A stretch of 50,204 nt of DNA from IMG/VR virus record IMGVR_UViG_3300012933_000135. The stretch is one strand, 5' to 3'. The notes beneath the pieces were generated by a model. The model was not told where the DNA came from and did no database searches. It saw only the letters and a program-made list of their open reading frames with translations. This DNA comes from an uncultured virus (IMG/VR IMGVR_UViG_3300012933_000135) (Duplodnaviria; Heunggongvirae; Uroviricota; Caudoviricetes). The translations under genes and the position numbers were made by a program. Below, piece after piece: positions 1-7,207 of the stretch (the stretch's first letter is position 1; the number at the start of each line of letters is the position of its first letter).

Positions 1-787
1 ACATTTCATCAGCAAGGTCTTTAACACCCTTGCCCATACTGTTAAGTCCTTGCTGCATGTTGTTGTACTGCTGCTCAACATCCTTGCCGCCTTTCATCAT
101 CTCAAGTTGAATAGCTGCTTGTACTTTACCATTCTCTGAACGAGATTTCATATCAGCAGTTTGTTCTTGTCTACTGATACCAGTTAATTTAGCAGTCTCA
201 TCCATCTCGCGAGCTAATGCTGCGGTTGCTTCAATTGCTTTCTTGCGTTGAGCATCATCTGATAAGTCTGTAAATCTTCGATTGGCCATGTTAGCAGCCA
301 TAACATCGTTTAGATCTTTAGTAGTGTAACCCATCTTTGACAGTTGTTCTGCAAAGTCGGTCTTCATAAACTCGCCGGAGAATTTATTAAAGTTCTTTGT
401 TCCGCTGTCTACTGATCCGCCTAAGCCCGCAATACTTGGACTTAGCTTGGTCATTACATCTTTATATTCTTCCATGGACAGTCGAGTCTGTCCAATACTA
501 TCTCGCATGCCGATAGCATTATTATTAAAACTAGCGCCAGTTCTACTTAACTGCTGAAACCCATCTACAGATGCTTCAACTTCTTTCTTAACACCAGAGA
601 ACGCTGCTGCTGCTTGACCTACTCCTGGAAGAAGTTTAGCAATATCTCCAATACCTGCACCGCTATCCGGTTTAGCACTAGGGGTACTTGATGTATACGG
701 GCTTGCTTTCTGACCCATGCCAGAAGACTGGAGTGCGTCTTTAAACGCTTCCGTTAATATCTTTTTATCATCATTGTCTAAGGACAT
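1..787 (-). CDS. Tape-measure-like protein, N-terminal part (runs off the left edge; missing from the ORF track)
   Basis: Read by hand from ATG at 787: MSLDNDDKKILTEAFKDALQSSGMGQK...GFQQLSRTGASFNNNAIGMRDSIGQTRLSMEEY...ALAREMDETAKLTGISREEQ..., open to base 1. Ala/Gly/Gln/Met-rich and helical, next to a tail chaperone-like gene, preceded by GATAAATA (838-831). Confidence 0.65.
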   Translation of the reverse strand, partial: MSLDNDDKKILTEAFKDALQSSGMGQKASPYTSSTPSAKPDSGAGIGDIAKLLPGVGQAAAAFSGVKKEVEASVDGFQQLSRTGASFNNNAIGMRDSIGQTRLSMEEYKDVMTKLSPSIAGLGGSVDSGTKNFNKFSGEFMKTDFAEQLSKMGYTTKDLNDVMAANMANRRFTDLSDDAQRKKAIEATAALAREMDETAKLTGISRQEQTADMKSRSENGKVQAAIQLEMMKGGKDVEQQYNNMQQGLNSMGKGVKDLADEM

Positions 788-812
788 AAATTAAAACCCT
801 GAAATATACGTA

Positions 813-820
813 TATAAATA
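813..820 (+). promoter_or_regulatory. T4-type late promoter TATAAATA
   Basis: Exact T4 late consensus ~30 nt upstream of ATG 850 (RBS GGAGA at 841). Confidence 0.8.
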
Positions 821-830
821 CCTTATAGTA

Positions 831-838
831 TATTTATC
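831..838 (-). promoter_or_regulatory. Late promoter GATAAATA for the tape-measure-like gene
   Basis: TATTTATC on +; the same GATAAATA variant recurs at 13556, 40059 and 44723. Confidence 0.7.
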
Positions 839-849
839 TGGAGATAACC

Positions 850-1677
850 ATGGCTACCAATCCATTACAAAAGTATTTTAGACAACCTAAGATCTACGTT
901 AATTTGCCTAGCAAAGGCATTTATAGCAAGCCCGGCTCGATTGACGGAGCTACTGATCATATGCCAGTCTATCCAATGACAGGAATGGATGAGATATTGC
1001 TCAAAACTCCAGATGCCTTACTAAATGGAGAAGCAACTGTAAAAGTATTAGAAAGCTGCTGCCCTGCAATTAAAGACGGCTGGGAAGTTAGTAATTTAGA
1101 TATCGATCTGTTGCTCACTGCTATTCGTATTGCTACATTTGGCAACAGTATGGGTATCTCTCATACTTGTAAAAATTGCGAAACTGTTAGCGATTATGAT
1201 CTAGATCTAGGCAAGTTTATCGAACACTTTGATGCATGTGTATACGACAATGTTATTAAAATTGACGACTTGACTATCAAATTACAACCGTTAACCTATA
1301 GACAAATTGCAGAATATAACTTAAAGAGCTTTGCACTGCAACGTCAACTAGCACAAGGTCTTGCTACAAACACTGACGAAGAACAACAAAAATTAGTAAG
1401 CCAGTTGTTCCAACAGCTTGCAGATTTACAATCAGGTGTGTTCCTGCAAGGTATTGAAAGCGTCGATGTACCTGAAGGTGTAGTTAACAAACAAGAGTAC
1501 ATTAAAGAATGGCTTGCTAACACAGAAAAGTCCGTATTTGATGCTATTCGAGAACAGATTGAGAAGAATAGAAAAATTTGGAAACTACCTACAAACAAAG
1601 TAGTGTGTCCTGAATGCGGTACTGACGGCGAGTTCGAAGTTGAACTTGATCAATCGAATTTTTTCGTGAACGCCTAA
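850..1677 (+). CDS. T4 gp26-like baseplate hub / tail assembly chaperone
   Basis: NPLQKYFRQPKIYVNLPSKG start, MTGMDEILLKTPDALLNG, LDIDLLLTAIRIAT, two CxxC pairs (CKNC, CPEC), and an ending ...SNFF typical of gp26-like proteins. Confidence 0.7.
   Translation: MATNPLQKYFRQPKIYVNLPSKGIYSKPGSIDGATDHMPVYPMTGMDEILLKTPDALLNGEATVKVLESCCPAIKDGWEVSNLDIDLLLTAIRIATFGNSMGISHTCKNCETVSDYDLDLGKFIEHFDACVYDNVIKIDDLTIKLQPLTYRQIAEYNLKSFALQRQLAQGLATNTDEEQQKLVSQLFQQLADLQSGVFLQGIESVDVPEGVVNKQEYIKEWLANTEKSVFDAIREQIEKNRKIWKLPTNKVVCPECGTDGEFEVELDQSNFFVNA
1659..1665 (+). other. Putative -1 programmed frameshift heptamer T TTT TTC
   Basis: X XXY YYZ slippery site correctly phased in the 850 ORF (AAT TTT TTC). The -1 frame is open from here (RERLISLSNQQIEELLVRL...) into ORF 1707-1898. 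Confidence 0.7.
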
Positions 1678-1706
1678 TCAGTTTATCTAATCAGCAGATT
1701 GAAGAA

Positions 1707-1898
1707 TTGCTGGTTAGGCTAGAAAACGAGTTGAAGAATTTTAAAGAAAACTTGTTTAGAATGAGTTGGTACATGCGCGGCGGTGTCACTGTAGACCAAC
1801 TCTTACATCAATATAGTCACGAAGATCGTCAAATGATCAACACTATCATTGATGAAAATATAGAAGCAACTAAGAATACTCAGATGCCTCTGCTTTGA
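1707..1898 (+). CDS. gp51-like small ORF, probably the frameshifted C-terminal extension of the upstream chaperone
   Basis: SWYMRGGVT..LL..YS.EDR.MI motif. TTG start without a convincing RBS; lies in the -1 frame of the upstream ORF. Confidence 0.6.
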   Translation: MLVRLENELKNFKENLFRMSWYMRGGVTVDQLLHQYSHEDRQMINTIIDENIEATKNTQMPLL

Positions 1899-3050
1899 TT
1901 ATCTACTAAGGCCAGCGCCTTTCATTAGATCGTCAAACTCGTTGTTACCTGTAGTAGGTTGTCCACTTTGTTTAACATTTCCTGCTGCCGGAGCAGTTGA
2001 TTGTGTAGCTGCTGATTGTGTAGTTTGAACTGGCGCAGCTTGTTGTCCTTGCCCTGCTTCTTGCATAGCAGTTTTCATAGACTTAACTAACCATTCTTTT
2101 GGATCATAGTTAACTAATGTAGTTAATCCTGCAGTCTTATTCCATGCCCATTCCCAACTTGGATCAATGACATTCTGTACAAGCCCTGCAATAAATTTGT
2201 CAGCTTCATCACCTTTTAAGATTTGATTAGCAAATATAGTAGCTGCTACTTCAGATCCTAATACGGCCAGCACGACTGCTCTATCTCGACTTGCAAGTCC
2301 AAATGTTAAGAAGTCAGATACTGTTCCTGCAATAGCACCGGTTCCTTGACCAATAGCTCTACCTAGTCTGATACCTAGCCCAAGTGCAATTAGTTTAGTC
2401 CCGGTGATTTCTCTGTTTTCTCTAGTAAGGATATCAGCTTGTTCTTTAGTGATAGATCCTTTAGCAAGCTCGCTATTGACATATCCTTGTTCTTTCCAGT
2501 ATTCAACTCCTAAGTCTGCTGCACCTAAATACTTTACAGCGTTGACCAAGTTACCCGCAGCTTTCTGGAACATAGTAGTTGCTTGAACATCTCCAATCTT
2601 CTGACGAGGAATAACATCATTTGGTGCTCTTGACGGCTTACGAATCTTAGGTTCTTTAGGTGGAACTTCAACTGTAGGTGTTGACGGCTCAGTAGTAGCT
2701 CGAGGGGTAGATTGTTTAGTAGGTGCTGCTACAGCTGGCTTACCTGCTTTGATCTTAGGTTGTGCTCTCTTGGCAACTTCGTCTAAGATAACTTTAAGCT
2801 GTTCAGGAGTTAGGTTAGGATCTAGATCATTCTTTAATACTGCATATGGATTAGGATCAATAGCTTTACCTGCTGATCTTGCATTAATAACAGCATCTGC
2901 GTATTTCGTAGACGAAGTTTCAATGAAAGGTTCTAATCTAGTTAGCAACTGACTTTTACTTCTAATCGAGGTAATCCCTTTCCATAAATCAGAAGCAATA
3001 CCCATAATTCTTCCAGGGTTCGCTTCATTTACAATATCGTATATCTTCAT
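1899..3050 (-). CDS. Hypothetical protein, probable virion/internal head protein
   Basis: Likely start MKIYDIVNEA at 3050; late promoter AATAAATA upstream; Pro/Thr/Gln/Ala-rich linkers and one hydrophobic Gly-rich segment. Confidence 0.5.
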   Translation of the reverse strand: MKIYDIVNEANPGRIMGIASDLWKGITSIRSKSQLLTRLEPFIETSSTKYADAVINARSAGKAIDPNPYAVLKNDLDPNLTPEQLKVILDEVAKRAQPKIKAGKPAVAAPTKQSTPRATTEPSTPTVEVPPKEPKIRKPSRAPNDVIPRQKIGDVQATTMFQKAAGNLVNAVKYLGAADLGVEYWKEQGYVNSELAKGSITKEQADILTRENREITGTKLIALGLGIRLGRAIGQGTGAIAGTVSDFLTFGLASRDRAVVLAVLGSEVAATIFANQILKGDEADKFIAGLVQNVIDPSWEWAWNKTAGLTTLVNYDPKEWLVKSMKTAMQEAGQGQQAAPVQTTQSAATQSTAPAAGNVKQSGQPTTGNNEFDDLMKGAGLSR

Positions 3051-3074
3051 TTTGATAATCCTAATCACTTTCTA

Positions 3075-3082
3075 TATTTATT
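3075..3082 (-). promoter_or_regulatory. Late promoter AATAAATA
   Basis: TATTTATT on +, ~25 nt upstream of ATG 3050. Confidence 0.65.
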
Positions 3083-3083
3083 A

Positions 3084-3545
3084 AGATGAACTACGTTCAT
3101 CTGTGTTTATCGCTATCGCTCAAACACATATCTTTCTTTTTAACTGAAGCAATATTAGCTGCGAAGCAGTGAAAAGATATTATCTAGATTGATCAGTCAC
3201 ACTTAGCCCAGCTAAGGGCTAAGAAAAAATGGACATTATCTGAGTTGAACATGTCACATAACGTTAGAGCATTACAGTGGCGGTTGACCGGTACCACGAG
3301 CTCAGTCTTAATTACAACGGCGGTTACTACATAAACGTTATCTTACATAGCAGCGCGGGGTTTTTCTCCCCTCATTTAACCTATATTAGTATCTTCAAAC
3401 AATCAAACCGCAGGAATTAAGCGATCTTCGTCCGGTAAAGGATAGTGATTGAGTGCTTGTTTCAGCGACAAGACTTCGGATCCCTGCGACACTAGGTCCA
3501 GGTTTCTACTGTTCGGCACCCGATTTTAGCCGGTGCGAGCCCTAA
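3084..3545 (-). ncRNA. Candidate large structured non-coding RNA / structured cis element (~460 nt)
   Basis: The only long ORF-free stretch in the window. At least ten stems, e.g. CTTAGCCC/GGGCTAAG 3202-3223, CTTGT/ACAAG 3456-3472, GCACC/GGTGC 3516-3536, nested GAGC-GTGG-CGG stems 3267-3303, and an 11-bp stem at 3325-3352 that pairs fully only on the minus strand through 4 G-U wobbles. Also duplicated internal motifs. Confidence 0.65.
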
Positions 3546-3553
3546 CTGAATGA

Positions 3554-3979
3554 TTAGCCTTTTAATATGTGCGAGCCATGTACACGAACTTGAATATGTC
3601 CGTTATAATAGTCGTCACTTTCTAGTACTTTGCGGGAAAATTGTTCTCTGGCCTCGATGTAAGAGCATTGTGCCTTGGAGTTGCAGTAATATAAGATTTC
3701 TCTTTTGAAGTTTTCAGTGCCTAATGTGTCTATGTCTTTTTGAAGATTAGGACTACTTCCGTAGTACTCACGCCAGTCGCTGTCGACTTTGCTTCTAATC
3801 TTCTTTTTCTTCTTTGTGCCATTCTTTAAGGTTACAGTTTTAACTGATGTCTTTGAGAACTTGGCGAGTTTTTTGCCTATATATTTTCTGCCAGAGATGA
3901 CATTTGTTATCAAATATACGAATCCAACGCAATCTTCTGGGAGAGCGTCAACTATTGTATCTTGATAAGTCCATGACAT
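3554..3979 (-). CDS. Stand-alone GIY-YIG family nuclease-like protein
   Basis: GFVYLITN...RKYIGKK, YYGSS, FKREIL, conserved Glu (YIEAREQF) and YYN; Lys-rich insertion KNGTKKKKKIRSK. Confidence 0.75.
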   Translation of the reverse strand: MSWTYQDTIVDALPEDCVGFVYLITNVISGRKYIGKKLAKFSKTSVKTVTLKNGTKKKKKIRSKVDSDWREYYGSSPNLQKDIDTLGTENFKREILYYCNSKAQCSYIEAREQFSRKVLESDDYYNGHIQVRVHGSHILKG

Positions 3980-3982
3980 GCT

Positions 3983-4234
3983 TTAGTTAGCATTGTCATC
4001 CTTGGGTGCCTGTCGGTCTTGAGCCTTTTTTGCCTTAGTTTGTTCGTTTAATTCGTAACGCCAGTCCATTACAACTTTACGGCGTTCGCTGCATATTTTT
4101 CTAATAACGTTGAGCCAGTGACGTACATCCATGCCTGCTCTTCGAGTACCTTTGTTTAACCAACGTTGGTTAGCTTCGAAGTATTCTCGAAATGCCTGCA
4201 ATAGTTCTGCGTGTAGCTCTTCGTCTCTATGCAT
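3983..4234 (-). CDS. Small basic helical protein, Hc1/histone H1-like nucleic-acid-binding family
   Basis: KGTRRAGMDVRHWL..IRKICSERRK resembles the KGNKAAGxRxRxxLxxIxKxxxExRK pattern of Hc1-like proteins. Confidence 0.5.
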   Translation of the reverse strand: MHRDEELHAELLQAFREYFEANQRWLNKGTRRAGMDVRHWLNVIRKICSERRKVVMDWRYELNEQTKAKKAQDRQAPKDDNAN

Positions 4235-4425
4235 TAGTCCTTAGCCTGTTTAATAATTTCGTCTGTTGCTTTGCTAGCACGATCTTGTTCAATGCTAACA
4301 TGATGTAATCTATTAGCACATTGACGAATATCATCGGACAAGTTACCTCGTCCGATATTATCTTCGACTAGTTTAGCAATTTCATGCAGTGTAATAACTG
4401 CATCTACTAATGCTAAGTCTCTCAT
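4234..4425 (-). CDS. Hypothetical protein (63 aa)
   Basis: Start and stop overlap both neighbouring genes, implying translational coupling. Confidence 0.6.
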   Translation of the reverse strand: MRDLALVDAVITLHEIAKLVEDNIGRGNLSDDIRQCANRLHHVSIEQDRASKATDEIIKQAKD

Positions 4426-6197
4426 TCTGTAATTTCCAAATCGTTTGCATAACTTGTGAATCCGTTTTCTTTAATAACTTTAAGTACGTTATTCACACGT
4501 CCAATCAATTCATCTTTATGCGAGATCAAGAAAATATTTTTCTTTCGTTCACGACCCATCTTCTTCAGCACACCTAGCGCACCTTCAACACCGCTAGCGT
4601 CTAGTCCGTTGTCGATCAGCTCGTCGATGAACAGTAAGTTGATTTGTTCGTACAAACTTTCCCACACGTCGCGGAATGCCCACGACAGTGACAAGATTAA
4701 ACGATTACGTTCGCCACGTGACAAGTTATCAAAGTCTAGATCCTGCCCAAGCTGCATAATTTCTACATTCAAATCATTTTGGAATGTGACAGTATGCGGT
4801 AGTCCCATCTTGTCGAGATAGTATGTCAATCTGTTATTAAGATAGGCTAAATTCTGATCAATGATCTTTTTCCGAATAAAGCTGTCTTTACTAGTCAGCA
4901 ACTTGAGCAGGAACTCTTGGTGTTCCTTGATTGCATTGAGCTCATTTACTCTATCCCATACGATTTCTTGCATGGCAGTGTGCTTGAGTTCGTCAATTTG
5001 TTCTTGATACGGATCAGTTTCGTCTGCTTTAATAACTAAATTAGTTTCGAGAGTCTTCAAGTTGTTTTGATGCTTGAGCGCTTCTTCAACAGTATCATAA
5101 TAAGTGTCAGGACGTACTGGAGCATCATCATGTCCAATCTCTGCTACAATAGCAGCAAGGTCTGCAACAATCTTATTGTGATACTTGGTTGCTTCAGTTA
5201 AGTGTGCTTGTGCAACGGCAGACATCTCTTCGTGTTTATGATCATGCAATGCTTGTTCACAAGCGTGACATGTTTTATTAGCTAATGCAGCAAGTTCAGT
5301 GGTATATTTCTTTACACTTCGTTCAGCTTGTGCTACTGCACTTTCTAATGTGGCTTTTTCTTTGTTCAAGCTCTTTAGTTTAGCAGTATACTCAGTATAA
5401 CTCTTTAGTTGGGCGTGTGCAGTTAGTTCTGCATCAATGTCAACACTTTCTAATTCAACAATTGCTCGTCCGATCTTTTCCAAATCAGTTTCTTGTTGAG
5501 AGATCCATGCTCGTTGTCGAACAATCAATGCATCGATACTTTGTTGAATCTTATCGTTTGACTTTTTAGTTGCTTCTAAGTCTGCTGATTCTTGAATAAT
5601 AGTATCTTTAGTTTCTCTGATTAGCTCTTTCAACGTATCGGCTTTCTCTGAAAGCAGTGTGATACCTAACAGTTGTTCAATGATAACACGCTGCTCACCT
5701 GTCTTTTGACTCAAGAATGGTTCAGTGTAGGTGTTCAATGCTACAATATGTTTGAACATGTCATGACTCATGCCTAGCAATTCGTCAATATCCTTCTGCG
5801 TTTCACGCATATCGCCTTGACTATCATCTGATTCTTCAGCACCTTGCTCTTCATCATCGATGTAGAACTTCATAACAGTAGGCTTGCGCCCACGCTCGAC
5901 CCGATAATTAATCCCGTTCTTTTCAAACGACAAGGTGACTAACATGTTTTTGTTATTAATCTTGTTGATCAAGTTATCTTTCTTAATGTTAGTAAGGGCA
6001 GTACCAAACAATGCAAAGCTCAATGCATTGACGATTGTAGTTTTACCTGTACCGTTGCGTGAGCCACTGTCGTCTCCACCCTGATCTAAGTTCTCACCTA
6101 GCACAAGAGTCATGTTCTCTTTGCCAAAGTCGACTGCTTGAGTCTGGTTACCCACACTCATAAAATTCTTAACTGTTAGATCTTTAATCTTTATCAT
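4422..6197 (-). CDS. Recombination endonuclease ATPase subunit, T4 gp46 / Rad50 / SbcC-like
   Basis: KNFMSVGN, Walker A (RNGTGKTT), coiled coil with zinc hook CHAC, signature LSRGE, Walker B LLFIDE, H-loop ISHK. Confidence 0.95.
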   Translation of the reverse strand: MIKIKDLTVKNFMSVGNQTQAVDFGKENMTLVLGENLDQGGDDSGSRNGTGKTTIVNALSFALFGTALTNIKKDNLINKINNKNMLVTLSFEKNGINYRVERGRKPTVMKFYIDDEEQGAEESDDSQGDMRETQKDIDELLGMSHDMFKHIVALNTYTEPFLSQKTGEQRVIIEQLLGITLLSEKADTLKELIRETKDTIIQESADLEATKKSNDKIQQSIDALIVRQRAWISQQETDLEKIGRAIVELESVDIDAELTAHAQLKSYTEYTAKLKSLNKEKATLESAVAQAERSVKKYTTELAALANKTCHACEQALHDHKHEEMSAVAQAHLTEATKYHNKIVADLAAIVAEIGHDDAPVRPDTYYDTVEEALKHQNNLKTLETNLVIKADETDPYQEQIDELKHTAMQEIVWDRVNELNAIKEHQEFLLKLLTSKDSFIRKKIIDQNLAYLNNRLTYYLDKMGLPHTVTFQNDLNVEIMQLGQDLDFDNLSRGERNRLILSLSWAFRDVWESLYEQINLLFIDELIDNGLDASGVEGALGVLKKMGRERKKNIFLISHKDELIGRVNNVLKVIKENGFTSYANDLEITE

Positions 6198-7207
6198 AGG
6201 CTGTTATAAATCGCTAATAGCGTGTTCTTATTATACTTGTCTGAGTCGATATTCACAATCTGACTGGACACAATCTGATCAACAGATTCAAATGCTTGAA
6301 TATCGATATTAGTATTAATTTCTACTTCCTTGCGCTCAGTAATCAGAGTAAGTTCTCGGATATCATAGTCCGCAATAAACTTCTCTTTGATAAAACTTGC
6401 TTCTTCATACGTGATATCAATGTCTAGTGTAACACGTAAGTGTTGCTTGGGCAAGATCAATGTGTCCGCTTCGTCGATTAGCTGGCTTAGTTTAACAGTT
6501 CTAAACGTAGGTTGGGCTGGCCAAGCATGATATTCGGGCTTGCCTCCCCACTCGAGTATCATCATTCCACGATCATCGTCCCATGCATCTGCATAGTTGT
6601 GCGGAAATGCATTGCCAATGTAATGCATATTCTTCTGTTGTTGACGTTTGTGGAAGTGTCCACTGAATCCGAGCTCGTAAGATTCAAACGCACCAAGTTG
6701 GATCTCACCATGATCGGGCATTTGAACCATTGCATTCATAAAGAAGCTAGGCAATTCAAAGTGACCAAAGATATACTTGCCGCCTTTCTTACCTATGGTT
6801 TTCCATTCGTCTCCCACGAGCCAAGGACAGAGTGTAACGTTCCCAATAGTAACAGGTTCGTGAACAATGGTAATTCCTGGGATGTATTTTCCAAACTCCA
6901 CAGAGTGAATATCCCGTTTATCTTTGTAATATAAATCATGGTTGCCAGGAAAAAAGTAAAAATTATCAAACGCTTGTCCCAGCTTTTCCAAGGCCCGCAG
7001 GCTATAGTCCATTGTAGTGATATTAAGACTATTGCGATTGTGATGCCAGTCACCCATAAAAATTCCAGTATCACAACCTTCCTCCTTTGCTTTGGCAATA
7101 TACCAATCTACAAAATCTTCGCAGTCTTGGTTATGTGTATTACTGTTTGACTTCAATCCGAAGTGGATATCTGTAAAACATGCGACTTTTTTGAATAAAT
7201 TACTCAC
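6194..7207 (-). CDS. Recombination endonuclease nuclease subunit, T4 gp47 / Mre11 / SbcD-like
   Basis: Metallophosphoesterase motifs DIHFG, GDWHH, GNHD, GHFE, SGHFH; likely GTG start at 7207 overlapping the upstream stop. Confidence 0.95.
   Translation of the reverse strand: MSNLFKKVACFTDIHFGLKSNSNTHNQDCEDFVDWYIAKAKEEGCDTGIFMGDWHHNRNSLNITTMDYSLRALEKLGQAFDNFYFFPGNHDLYYKDKRDIHSVEFGKYIPGITIVHEPVTIGNVTLCPWLVGDEWKTIGKKGGKYIFGHFELPSFFMNAMVQMPDHGEIQLGAFESYELGFSGHFHKRQQQKNMHYIGNAFPHNYADAWDDDRGMMILEWGGKPEYHAWPAQPTFRTVKLSQLIDEADTLILPKQHLRVTLDIDITYEEASFIKEKFIADYDIRELTLITERKEVEINTNIDIQAFESVDQIVSSQIVNIDSDKYNKNTLLAIYNSL

Noticed and set aside
3084..3545. Group I intron, tRNA, tmRNA or CRISPR array as the identity of the non-coding region
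   Set aside because: The flanking genes look complete (no split exon). I could not find convincing P7/catalytic-core motifs, a cloverleaf with a TTC loop, or three or more regularly spaced identical repeats. A covariance-model search is still needed.
3084..3545. Retron msr-msd or DGR template
   Set aside because: No reverse transcriptase in the window, no a1/a2 terminal inverted repeat, and no TR/VR pair differing at adenines noticed.
3797..3815. T-rich run in the GIY-YIG gene as a frameshift site or terminator
   Set aside because: It encodes the KKKKK stretch with mixed AAG/AAA codons, and the frame continues into conserved motifs.
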